A stretch of 64,000 nucleotides of DNA from NCBI GenBank assembly GCA_965602015.1, contig OZ271918.1, positions 416,001 to 480,000 on the forward strand, read 5' to 3'. Shown one piece after another: positions 10,688 through 19,476 of the stretch. The stretch comes from Salinispira sp. Its GTDB lineage: Bacteria > Spirochaetota > Spirochaetia > DSM-27196 > Salinispiraceae. The position numbers and the translations under genes were made by a program. Position 1 is the first letter of the stretch, and every line of letters starts with the position of its first letter. The notes beneath the pieces are model-generated. The model ran no database searches. It worked only from the letters and a program-made list of their open reading frames with translations, and was not told the origin of the DNA.

Positions 10688-11671
10688 ATGAAACGCATTA
10701 CCGCCATTCTCCTACTGTCCGCGGCGCTGTTGGCTACGGCCTGCGGCAGGGATTCCGCAGAAGTTTCGATTGGAATTTCCAAAATTGTCGAGCACCCCGC
10801 CCTCAACGCCGTCGAGCAGGGAATAAAAGATGAAATGGCCGCTCTCGGTTATGAAAACATCAGCTTCGATGTGCAAAACGCCGCAGGGGACATCAATACC
10901 GCCGGACAAATCGCAAGCAAATTCCTGTTTGATGAGGTGGACATCGCCGTTGGCATCGCCACCCCAACCGCCATAGCCCTGGCAACGGCAATCAGCGACA
11001 TCCCGGTCATTTTTACTGCGGTCACCGACCCGGTTGATGCGGGACTGGTGGATGACCTTGAAAGCGGAAAAAACAACATTACCGGGGTCAGTGACCTGAC
11101 GCCGGTCGCCGAGCAAATCGAGCTCCTGGTGGAGCTCACCGGCGCGCAAACCGTCGGCCACGTGTATACCGCAGGCGAACCCAACGCGGTTAGATTGGCC
11201 GAGCTTTTTCAGCAGGCCGCCATGGATCTGGGAATCGATTTCGTGCTGACCACCATCGCGGATTCCGGCCAGGTCCGTCAGGCTACCGAGGCCATCGCCG
11301 GCCAGGTGGACGCCATTTACGTTTCGACGGACAATACGGTTTTTTCCGCCCTCCCGGCCCTCATCGACGTGGCCAATGCCAACGGCATTCCCGTGGTAAC
11401 CGCCGACCCTTCGTCTTTTACCGAATATGACGTTCTTGCAGCCTACGGTTTTGATTATTACGCCATGGGCCTGGCTACCGGACGGCTTATAGACGAAGTG
11501 CTGCGGGGGGCCGATCCGGCGGATATGGCAACCAGATTTCTCACCGATCCCTCAGATCTGCTGTTGGTCTTAAACCTCGATGTGGCTGAAGAGTTGGGCA
11601 TTGATATTCCCGCGGACCTGATCGAACGGGCGGGTTCGGTGGTTTCGGGCGGACAGGTCGAAAACCGCTAA
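10688..11671 (+). CDS. ABC substrate-binding lipoprotein (ABC_sub_bind, aromatic amino-acid type)
   Basis: Lipobox LATAC; IVEHPAL, IATP.A, AVTDP, NITGVSD and TDNTV motifs; GGAGG RBS. Confidence 0.88.
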   Translation: MKRITAILLLSAALLATACGRDSAEVSIGISKIVEHPALNAVEQGIKDEMAALGYENISFDVQNAAGDINTAGQIASKFLFDEVDIAVGIATPTAIALATAISDIPVIFTAVTDPVDAGLVDDLESGKNNITGVSDLTPVAEQIELLVELTGAQTVGHVYTAGEPNAVRLAELFQQAAMDLGIDFVLTTIADSGQVRQATEAIAGQVDAIYVSTDNTVFSALPALIDVANANGIPVVTADPSSFTEYDVLAAYGFDYYAMGLATGRLIDEVLRGADPADMATRFLTDPSDLLLVLNLDVAEELGIDIPADLIERAGSVVSGGQVENR

Positions 11672-11689
11672 GATACCGTTGGGGTTTAC

Positions 11690-12622
11690 ATGTTAGAAAC
11701 GATTATTGCCGAGGGCCTGGTCTACGGGATCATGGCCCTCGGGGTGTTTATCAGCTTCCGCATCCTGGAATTCCCCGACCTGACGGTCGACGGCAGTTTC
11801 CCCCTGGGCGCGGCCATATACGCATCGGCCCTCATCGCCGGAGTGCCCGGCCCGTTGACAGGGCTGCTCATTCTCGCCGGGGGATTCGCCGCAGGCACGG
11901 TGACGGCGCTGATTCACACCAAACTCAAGGTTCCCCATCTGTTGGCGGGAATTCTCACCATGACCATGCTGTATTCGGTCAATCTGCGCATTCAGGGAAA
12001 CCGGCCGAACATCAGTTTTCTCAGATATGAAAGCCTGCTTGATCGGGCCGCCGAGCTGTTGCCCGGCCTGCCCCGGGCAGCGGTCATTCTCCTGGTTTTT
12101 CTCCTTGCTGCTCTGCTGGTCAAGCTAGTTCTCGATGTGTTTTTTCACACTGATTTGGGACTGACCATGGGCGCCCTTGGCAGCAATGAGCAAATGGTAA
12201 AAAGCCAGGGGGTTAATCCCGAAACGGTTAAAATCATCGGGCTCGGCATGTCCAACGCCCTCGTTGCGTTAAGCGGCGCCCTGGCTTCCCAATATCAGGG
12301 CTCGGCTGACGTAAACCTGGGCAGGGGAATCGTCATCGCAGGACTGGCGTCGGTCATGATCGGAGAACTAATTCTCCGTTCCAACCGAATATGGCTGCTT
12401 ACCCTCCGGGTTCTCATCGGATCGGTGCTGTTCCGCGGGCTCATGTTCCTCGCCAGGAGGGCGGTGTTTATCCAGTTGAGACCCAGCGACCTCCAGCTTG
12501 TTTACGGGCTGTTTATCGTCGGACTGCTGATATATACCCGGGTACGGGAACAACGCCGGGCTGCAAAAGCAGCGGCCTCCGCCAATCTGACCGGGAATGA
12601 CGGCAACGGGGGTGAGGAATGA
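11690..12622 (+). CDS. ABC transporter permease
   Basis: FPDLTVDGSF, LLAGILTM..LYSVNLRI motifs; many TMs. Confidence 0.9.
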   Translation: MLETIIAEGLVYGIMALGVFISFRILEFPDLTVDGSFPLGAAIYASALIAGVPGPLTGLLILAGGFAAGTVTALIHTKLKVPHLLAGILTMTMLYSVNLRIQGNRPNISFLRYESLLDRAAELLPGLPRAAVILLVFLLAALLVKLVLDVFFHTDLGLTMGALGSNEQMVKSQGVNPETVKIIGLGMSNALVALSGALASQYQGSADVNLGRGIVIAGLASVMIGELILRSNRIWLLTLRVLIGSVLFRGLMFLARRAVFIQLRPSDLQLVYGLFIVGLLIYTRVREQRRAAKAAASANLTGNDGNGGEE

Positions 12623-13410
12623 TACGGCTTGAAAAGTTATCTGTGGTATTCAACCCCGGAACCGCCGATGAACACGCGGCCCTCAAGGGCATAGACCTTT
12701 CGGTTAATCCCGGAGATTTTATTACGGTCATCGGGTCCAACGGCGCGGGGAAGACCACGCTGTTCAACGCCATAAGCGGTAATCTGGGCCTTACCCGCGG
12801 GAGAATCATCCTTAAAGATCGGGATGTCAGCTCAATGAGCGAACACCTGAGGGCCCGCTACATCGGCCGGATTTTTCAGAATCCTACAATGGGTACCGCG
12901 GGAAACATGACCCTCGAAGACAACATGGTCATAGCCATGAAAAAAGGGTTCCGTGGCCTTCGGATTTCCCTCAATGAGCGGCTGAGGGAGCAGTTCCGTT
13001 CCCGCCTGGTCGACCTCGACATGGGGCTTGAAAACCGTTTGAAGGAGAATGTGAGTATGTTTTCTGGGGGGCAGCGACAGGCGCTAACCCTGCTTATGAT
13101 GGTGCTCAGCACTCCGCAGCTGGTGCTGTTGGATGAGCATACTGCCGCCCTTGATCCCCGCAATGCCGCGAAGGTGCAGGATCTCACTGATCGCTTCATC
13201 GCCGAGCACTCCCTTACCTGCATGATGGTAACCCACAACATGCAGCATGCCATTGACCACGGCAACCGCCTGCTTATGATGGATGGTGGCCGGATTATCC
13301 TCGATGTGGCCGGTGAGGAAAAAAAGCGCCTGACGGTTGCCGGGCTGGTAGAGCGCTTTCATCAGATAACACAAAAGGACTTTGCCCGGGACGACGCCCT
13401 GCTGGACTGA
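12619..13410 (+). CDS. ABC transporter ATP-binding protein
   Basis: GSNGAGKTT, FSGGQRQA, LLDEHTAALDP. Confidence 0.93.
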   Translation: MIRLEKLSVVFNPGTADEHAALKGIDLSVNPGDFITVIGSNGAGKTTLFNAISGNLGLTRGRIILKDRDVSSMSEHLRARYIGRIFQNPTMGTAGNMTLEDNMVIAMKKGFRGLRISLNERLREQFRSRLVDLDMGLENRLKENVSMFSGGQRQALTLLMMVLSTPQLVLLDEHTAALDPRNAAKVQDLTDRFIAEHSLTCMMVTHNMQHAIDHGNRLLMMDGGRIILDVAGEEKKRLTVAGLVERFHQITQKDFARDDALLD

Positions 13411-13436
13411 CGGCCGCCGTCTCCCTGTTTAGCTTG

Positions 13437-13587
13437 GTACTGCCCCCAAAACAGCTGATTTTACTGTAATAAATCATTATGTGAGAACAACTAGGTTGAA
13501 CTTGGGCGATGCTTGCAGTGAAACGCGGGTAAATCGTCTTCCACAAACGGATAAGATGATTTAAATCAGCTGTTTTGGGGGCAGTAC
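13437..13587. mobile_element. Short non-coding element with terminal inverted repeats (MITE/REPIN-like), copy 1
   Basis: Perfect 25-bp IR GTACTGCCCCCAAAACAGCTGATTT (13437-13461) / AAATCAGCTGTTTTGGGGGCAGTAC (13563-13587). Flanking direct repeat TTTAGCTTG at 13428-13436 and 13589-13597. The same 19-bp core recurs at 48379 and 48502. Confidence 0.75.
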
Positions 13588-13618
13588 ATTTAGCTTGAAC
13601 CCTATATTGAAAATTGTG

Positions 13619-13648
13619 CCGCGTGATTGCAATCGCGCGGTATTTTTT
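13619..13648 (+). terminator. Probable intrinsic terminator of the ABC operon
   Basis: CCGCGTGATTGCAATCGCGCGG hairpin followed by TATTTTTT. Confidence 0.55.
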
Positions 13649-13649
13649 A

Positions 13650-13679
13650 TTGACATTACTGTGTAATACACACTATATT
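13650..13679 (+). promoter_or_regulatory. sigma70-type promoter with candidate PadR operator
   Basis: TTGACA at 13650-13655 and TATATT at 13674-13679; palindrome TGTGTA-A-TACACA at 13660-13672 lies between them. Confidence 0.6.
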
Positions 13680-13699
13680 GTGACATACAGGAGTGTGTC

Positions 13700-14080
13700 A
13701 TGGAAGTGAACGGAAAGATAATGCAGAACCTGCTGCAGGAGCTCAAACGGGGATCCCTGGTTCTCGCAGTGCTCTTGAGTACCGGGGAGCAAGCCTACGG
13801 GTACGCCCTGGTAACCCGACTGCAGGAATCGGGCATAGACGTCGAGCAAAACACCCTCTACCCGCTGCTTCGGCGTCTGGAGCAACAGAGCCTCTTGGAA
13901 AGTGTCTGGGATACCGGCGAATCACGCCCCCGGAAGTACTACCGGGTGACTGATGAAGGCCGGCGGGTAGCCGGGGAACTTACCCGGCAATGGAGGGTTC
14001 TGACGGCCAGCATGGAAAGGATCATCGGCGCCGGCGGCACCGACGGGGAATCGGCAACAAGCAAAGGAGATATCATATGA
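13700..14080 (+). CDS. PadR family transcriptional regulator
   Basis: ELKRGSL, YGYAL, TLYPLLRRLE, RPRKYYRVT.EG. Confidence 0.93.
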   Translation: MEVNGKIMQNLLQELKRGSLVLAVLLSTGEQAYGYALVTRLQESGIDVEQNTLYPLLRRLEQQSLLESVWDTGESRPRKYYRVTDEGRRVAGELTRQWRVLTASMERIIGAGGTDGESATSKGDII

Positions 14081-15093
14081 AAATTCTTGAACAGTATATT
14101 CGCTCGGTGGCATACAGTCTGCCGTATTCCAAACGAACTGACGTGACCCGGGAGCTCCGCTCCCTGATGCTGGATGAAATTGAGCAGCGATTCGGGAAGG
14201 ATCCCGGCGAAGAGGATCTCAAGAGCTATCTGGAAGAATACGGATCACCGGCTAGGGTAGCGGCGGATTACAGGGACGGAAACGGCGTAATCGCCGAGGC
14301 ATTTCGTGATATCTACTTTCTTATACTCAAGATTGTCTTCGCCGCCCTTACGATTGCCCTGACCGTCGTGTTTTTCGTCGAGCTTGGGAGCGGTCCGGCC
14401 CCTGACACCGGTATTATCGGTTCCATCGTCAACCTGCCCCTGGAGATTTTCAGCGCCATCCTCTCGGCGACCGGAGCAATAACTCTGGTCTTTATTTTTC
14501 TGAGCCGGGCGGTATCGGAAAAAGCAGGGGAGCTGGGAGCCGACGACTGGACCGTTGAGGATTTGAAGTCCATATCTCTTGAGGAAGAGGTCGGCAGCCT
14601 CGCCGGGGCAATCGCCGGTCTGGTGTTCGGCGGCATTTCGGTGTTGCTGCTGTTGCTGTACCCCGAGGTGTTCGAGCTCATTGAGCGGGGCTTTGAGGGA
14701 TCGGGCCTTCGGCTCGGCCATTACATACAGACCGATGCATTCAGACCGTTCGGGTGGGTGCTTGCCGCATTCTGGCTCGCCGAGATGGGCATCCAGGTTC
14801 TCGTTCTCCGACAGGGCAGCCGCAGCAGAAAACTGATTGACCTGTCCGCTATTGTTACCGGCCTCGAAATGCTCGCCTTCGCCCTGCTTACCTTTCTCCC
14901 CTCCCTGTACGGCAGCGCCCCTGTATGGGACCGGGCCCTGTTGTCCGGCGAAGGTGGGGCGCTGATATCCACTCCGTGGTGGAATGGTGTGGGCCTGATC
15001 TTTTTTATCGGTTTTATGGTCACCCTTGGGGAAACAGTGGTTTGGGTATTTAGGAAAATACGTAAAATGTACCCGCAATCGGGCAAAATATAG
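14077..15093 (+). CDS. PadR-associated membrane protein with an N-terminal HAAS-like signalling domain
   Basis: N-terminal LEQYI..V...LP...R.DV..EL and YGSPARVAADY motif followed by about six TMs; ATGA overlap with padR; AAAGGAGA RBS. Confidence 0.7.
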   Translation: MKILEQYIRSVAYSLPYSKRTDVTRELRSLMLDEIEQRFGKDPGEEDLKSYLEEYGSPARVAADYRDGNGVIAEAFRDIYFLILKIVFAALTIALTVVFFVELGSGPAPDTGIIGSIVNLPLEIFSAILSATGAITLVFIFLSRAVSEKAGELGADDWTVEDLKSISLEEEVGSLAGAIAGLVFGGISVLLLLLYPEVFELIERGFEGSGLRLGHYIQTDAFRPFGWVLAAFWLAEMGIQVLVLRQGSRSRKLIDLSAIVTGLEMLAFALLTFLPSLYGSAPVWDRALLSGEGGALISTPWWNGVGLIFFIGFMVTLGETVVWVFRKIRKMYPQSGKI

Positions 15094-15150
15094 AGTTTAT
15101 CTGGTCGAATTTTGAACTTTGATATATAGTCAGGGTAACGGAAACCGCAG

Positions 15151-15417
15151 ATGCTCCAGATTGATGAAGATTTCGCCGCACACATCTTGCAAAACTACTC
15201 CCTGACTTCCCGGGACCTTGAAATGCTCCTCGATGACCTCGAGGAGTATTTTAACGTTGAAGTGACGGAGTTTATCCGGAATCGACATATTGAACTTCAG
15301 AAGAAGGGTTTGAAAAACAACGAAATCTACCTCGCCGTCAAGCAGGAGCTATTGCGGTTTCGTTTCACCGCCCCGGATCTGAGCATCCGTCAGATCCGCA
15401 GAATCATCTACGGGTAA
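15151..15417 (+). CDS. Small hypothetical protein directly upstream of glmS
   Basis: 88-aa helical ORF (YF..EV.EFIR.RH.ELQ..GL.N..IY...LSIRQIRRIIYG), 52 bp before glmS on the same strand. Confidence 0.8.
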   Translation: MLQIDEDFAAHILQNYSLTSRDLEMLLDDLEEYFNVEVTEFIRNRHIELQKKGLKNNEIYLAVKQELLRFRFTAPDLSIRQIRRIIYG

Positions 15418-15469
15418 AAATTTTTATCAGCCTGACGCTAAAAATCGAGGCGGGGCTGTGGGAGGAACC

Positions 15470-17305
15470 ATGTGCGGAATCGTCGGATACTGCGGGCCGA
15501 GGAAGGCCATGCCGGTGCTCATTCAGGGCTTGCGTCAGCTGGAATACCGGGGGTATGACTCTTCGGGGATAGCCCTGCTCCAGGGAGATGCCATCAATGT
15601 GATAAAAAAACAGGGAAAACTGGCGAACCTCGAAGGGGCTTTGCCCGCCAGATCGGCGAGCACCATCGGAATAGCCCACACCCGCTGGGCCACCCATGGC
15701 GGGGTTTCCGATGAAAACGCCCATCCCCATCTAAGCGGAAACGGCCGGGTTGCGGTGGTGCACAACGGAATTATCGATAACTTCGTCGATTTGCGGGAGG
15801 AACTGAAAGAAAAGGGATACTCCTTTCTCAGCGAAACCGATTCCGAGGTGCTAACTCATCTCATCGATTCATACCTCGAATCGGGCAGCGAGCCCGAGGC
15901 GGCGGTTGCTACCGCCCTGTCGCGCATTCAGGGTACATACGGCATCATCGTGCTCTTCCGCGACCAACCCGAACTCCTGATCGGAGCGCGAAACGGCAGT
16001 CCCCTCATTGTGGGTGTCGGCGAAAAAGAGATGTTTCTGGCATCTGACGCCACCGCGTTTATCGGCATGTCCCGTCAGGCAATCTACCTGGATGACGGCG
16101 AGATGGCGGTCATCACCCCCCGGGAGTACAAGACCGTCAACCGCCAGCAGCAGCTGGTGGACAAACCGGTTGAAGAAGTGGACATCGAGGAAGCCGAGGC
16201 CTTGAAGGGCTCCTATGATCACTTCCTTTTGAAGGAGATTTTCGAGCAGCCCGATGCAGTTCGAAGGGCAATGGGCGAAGGCGGACGTTTGCTCAAAGAT
16301 TTCGGCACGGCTAAGCTCGGCGGTTTGAATCTCGAGAAACGGGATTTCTTCGATGTAAACCGGATACATATCCTCGCCATGGGCACCGGATATTATGCCG
16401 GGCTCGTCGGGGCAAGCATGATAGAAAACCTGGCCCGGATACCTGTGCAGGTTTTCGACGCCTCGGAGTTTCGGGTGAGCAACCCGATCGTTCAGCGCGA
16501 TACCCTGTACCTCGCAATCAGCCAAAGCGGTGAAACCGCCGATACCATACAGGCGGTGAAGGAAGTTCAGAACAAGGGCGGCCGGGTGCTCGGCATCGTG
16601 AATGTCGTAGGTTCCACCCTGGCCAGGCTCACCGAGGGCGGGGTATATACCCATGCGGGCCCGGAGAAATCCGTCGCCTCAACCAAGGCCTTCACCAGTC
16701 AGTCCACTGTTCTGGCGCTGCTCGCCCTTCTTTTGGGCAGGATGCGGGATGTACCGGTGCGCCGGGGCAAGGAACTCGTCGATGCCCTAATGGAGCTCCC
16801 CGACAAGATCCATCAGACCCTCGGGCTCCAGCACCGGATTCGCCAACTGGCAAAGAAATACAAGGAGTATCACAGCGTGCTCTTTATGGCTCGGGGCAAT
16901 CAGTACCCCATTGCCCTGGAGGGAGCCCTCAAACTCAAGGAAATTTCCTATATACACGCGGAGGGATTCTCTTCCGGCGGTTTAAAGCACGGTCCCCTGG
17001 CGCTAATCTCCGAAGATATGCCCTCGATTTTTGTTGCCATGGACGGCGATACTCTGGAAAAGGATATTAACAACATCCAGGAAGTGAGAGCCCGCAAGGG
17101 TAAGACCCTGGTAATTACCGACTCCTCGGACCCCCGTCTGGAGGACGTAGCTGACGATCTGCTGCGCATCCCCAAAACCGATGAGGTTCTTAGCCCCATC
17201 CTGACGGTGGTTCCCCTCCAGCTCTTCGCCTACTATGTGGCCCTGGAGCTGGGCCGGGAAATCGACCAACCGCGGAACCTGGCTAAGAGCGTGACGGTGG
17301 AGTAG
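15470..17305 (+). CDS. glmS: Glutamine-fructose-6-phosphate transaminase (isomerizing)
   Basis: MCGIVG start (catalytic Cys), LEYRGYDS, HTRWATHG, SQSGETADT, EGALKLKE, C-terminal PRNLAKSVTVE. Confidence 0.98.
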   Translation: MCGIVGYCGPRKAMPVLIQGLRQLEYRGYDSSGIALLQGDAINVIKKQGKLANLEGALPARSASTIGIAHTRWATHGGVSDENAHPHLSGNGRVAVVHNGIIDNFVDLREELKEKGYSFLSETDSEVLTHLIDSYLESGSEPEAAVATALSRIQGTYGIIVLFRDQPELLIGARNGSPLIVGVGEKEMFLASDATAFIGMSRQAIYLDDGEMAVITPREYKTVNRQQQLVDKPVEEVDIEEAEALKGSYDHFLLKEIFEQPDAVRRAMGEGGRLLKDFGTAKLGGLNLEKRDFFDVNRIHILAMGTGYYAGLVGASMIENLARIPVQVFDASEFRVSNPIVQRDTLYLAISQSGETADTIQAVKEVQNKGGRVLGIVNVVGSTLARLTEGGVYTHAGPEKSVASTKAFTSQSTVLALLALLLGRMRDVPVRRGKELVDALMELPDKIHQTLGLQHRIRQLAKKYKEYHSVLFMARGNQYPIALEGALKLKEISYIHAEGFSSGGLKHGPLALISEDMPSIFVAMDGDTLEKDINNIQEVRARKGKTLVITDSSDPRLEDVADDLLRIPKTDEVLSPILTVVPLQLFAYYVALELGREIDQPRNLAKSVTVE

Positions 17306-17319
17306 GTTTGCTGTAAAGC

Positions 17320-17374
17320 AAAGTTGGAAGGATATCGTCAACGTCCTCGTGAAATTCGATATCCTTCTGACTTT
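17320..17374. terminator. Long hairpin downstream of glmS
   Basis: AAAGTTGGAAGGATATCG (17320-17337) / CGATATCCTTCTGACTTT (17357-17374), 16/18 complementary. Confidence 0.55.
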
Positions 17375-17443
17375 AAGCTTTGGATGTGCCTCAATTACAT
17401 GATTGCTATTGATTTCTTTTCTGAAGCAGTCAAAGGAAAAGCA

Positions 17444-17584
17444 ATGAAGATTTATCGTTTTGATTCAGAGTTAGGTCGCGAAATTGATTTATTTAACAGT
17501 ACCGAATTAATTCAAACTCCAATTGGAAACTCATATCAGAAGCAAAAGTCAGTTGTGTGTATTGTGGAACCGAATCCGTACTAA
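17444..17584 (+). pseudogene. Frameshifted, truncated N-terminal fragment of a cupin-like gene
   Basis: AAAGGA RBS, then MKIYRFDSELGREIDLFNSTELIQTPIG; a shifted frame continues KLISEAKVSCVYCGTESVL; the segment is AT-rich. Confidence 0.5.
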
Positions 17585-17585
17585 A

Positions 17586-18434
17586 CTATCGCTCCTCGTA
17601 TACCCGAACGAAGTCCACAAGCATTCGGGCGGGGTATTGCTCCGGGTCCACTCCCTGCTGGCCGCCCCACATGCCTCCGACGGCGATATTAAGTATGAGG
17701 TAGAACGGGCGGTCGAAGGGCCAGGCTTCCCATCCGCTATGTTCATTGTTATATCTGCCGACAAGTTTATCGTCGACGAAGAAATCGAGGTAGTCCTCTG
17801 TCCATTCCATTGCATAGAGATGAAACTGGTCGTTTACCGTGGGGATCGACAAGGTCGATGTAAAATGATTGCCCAAGGGATGGTTGTGTTTTGAGGTGTG
17901 CACCGATGCGTGGACTACTCCGTTGTCAAAACCTACGTGCTCCATAATGTCAATTTCGCCGCTGTGAGGCCAGCCTGTGCGCCCTTCGCTGCTCACCGGG
18001 AGCATCCATATGGCCGGCCAGGTTCCCAGAGCAGATGGTAGCTTTGCCCTCACTTCGATTCGTCCCAAATACATGTTAAGACTGAACTGGGTTGTCATCC
18101 GTGCGCTGGTGTAGCCACGTCTGGTGCCTTCGATGTGGCGGGCCTCAATTATGAGGGTGCCGTCCTCGACCCGGGAATTATCCCGTTGGTTCCGGTATGC
18201 CTGCAGCTCCTGATTAAATGCCCCGGGTGGAAGAATTTGATGCCACCACAGGTCGGGATCCGGTTCACCGTCAGATTCAAACTCGTCGTTCCATACTAAG
18301 CGCCATTGCGATGGGTCTTCCACGCTTGCCTGCGGTCGGCTTCCGCAGGAGAACAATAGGATCTGCGAGAGTATCAGTATTGCGATGGCTATGGCCGGAA
18401 TTTTATGGCTTTGAAAAGCTGTTGTGATTTTCAC
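17586..18434 (-). CDS. GH16 endo-beta-1,3-glucanase (laminarinase-like) lipoprotein
   Basis: Lipobox LFSC; WNDEF, YTSAR, WPAIWML, catalytic EIDIME, PFDRPFYLILN.AVGG.WGG. Confidence 0.93.
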   Translation of the reverse strand: MKITTAFQSHKIPAIAIAILILSQILLFSCGSRPQASVEDPSQWRLVWNDEFESDGEPDPDLWWHQILPPGAFNQELQAYRNQRDNSRVEDGTLIIEARHIEGTRRGYTSARMTTQFSLNMYLGRIEVRAKLPSALGTWPAIWMLPVSSEGRTGWPHSGEIDIMEHVGFDNGVVHASVHTSKHNHPLGNHFTSTLSIPTVNDQFHLYAMEWTEDYLDFFVDDKLVGRYNNEHSGWEAWPFDRPFYLILNIAVGGMWGGQQGVDPEQYPARMLVDFVRVYEER

Positions 18435-18560
18435 TTTTACCCCTTCTATGGTGAATGTGAATAGGTGAATGCCTGTGCCGGGGATTCGCGCCGGCGGTCC
18501 GAGGCCGGCGATTCGTCTCCCCGTAACTATTCAGATCCGGCGGAGACGAATCGCAAAAGA

Positions 18561-19466
18561 CTAGAGGCCTCGCTTATCAAGGCGCTTCATGACGAAGCGG
18601 TTTACCATGGTCAGGATTACGATAATAAAGAATATGAGCCAGGCGATGGCGCTTGCTTTCCCGAACCGCGCGTTTCTGAAACCCGTCCACATCAGGTAGA
18701 AGGCGGTGGTGAGTCCCGTTTCCTGAGGTCCGCCGAGACCTTCATACCCGCCCATGAGGACGAAGGGTTCATCGAAGAGCTGCATGCCGCCGATGATGCT
18801 CATCGTCACGCCAAAGAAAATAATCGGAATAAGGAGGGGAAGAGTTATGCTCGTATGAGTTCTCAGGCGTCCTGCGCCGTCCACCTCTGCTGCCTCATAC
18901 AGAGAGCGGGGTATGGCCTGGAGCCCTGCGAGATAAATGATCGTGTTCCAGCCTATGAATCGCCAGTTAATTAATGACGCGATCATCACCTTTGCCGGCA
19001 TGGGTTCGGTAAACCATTTAACCGGTTCGCCTCCGAATCTTTCGATGATAAAGTTGAGCCAGCCGAAGTTATTGTCGAAGATTTGCGAGAAGATCAGGGT
19101 CGCCGCCACCGTGCTGGTGATGTAGGGGACAAAGAATGAGGTTTTGAAAAACTCCTTGCCCTTCAATCTCACGTCGTTCAGCATAATCGCCAATGGTATT
19201 GCGATGAAGTGCTGAGTCAGCGAACCAAAAATCAGCAGCCAGAATGTGTTCATCAGGGATTTCCCGAAAAACACGTCCACCGTCAGCAGGTTCACGTAGT
19301 TGCGCAACCCGACGAACTCAACCGGACCTGCCTGAGTCCATCGCCAGAATGATATGTAGAAAGAGAATGCAATCGGATAGAGGCCAAAGATCAAGAAAAG
19401 AATAAAAAACGGCGAGACGAACAGATACGGTGCGGCTTTTGGATTTCTCAGCAGACTTTTTTTCAT
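18561..19466 (-). CDS. Carbohydrate ABC transporter permease
   Basis: EAA motif LYEAAEVDGA; ITLPLL; TMs. Confidence 0.93.
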   Translation of the reverse strand: MKKSLLRNPKAAPYLFVSPFFILFLIFGLYPIAFSFYISFWRWTQAGPVEFVGLRNYVNLLTVDVFFGKSLMNTFWLLIFGSLTQHFIAIPLAIMLNDVRLKGKEFFKTSFFVPYITSTVAATLIFSQIFDNNFGWLNFIIERFGGEPVKWFTEPMPAKVMIASLINWRFIGWNTIIYLAGLQAIPRSLYEAAEVDGAGRLRTHTSITLPLLIPIIFFGVTMSIIGGMQLFDEPFVLMGGYEGLGGPQETGLTTAFYLMWTGFRNARFGKASAIAWLIFFIIVILTMVNRFVMKRLDKRGL

Positions 19467-19476
19467 GGCTATCCTC

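Noticed and set aside
15094..15469. glmS ribozyme
   Set aside because: The upstream space is occupied by an ORF, and the gaps (57 and 52 bp) are too short and lack recognisable ribozyme core sequence.
17260..17400. Tn7-like transposon at the glmS attTn7 site
   Set aside because: No tnsABCD genes, no recognisable Tn7 end with repeated TnsB sites, and no 5-bp duplication identified.
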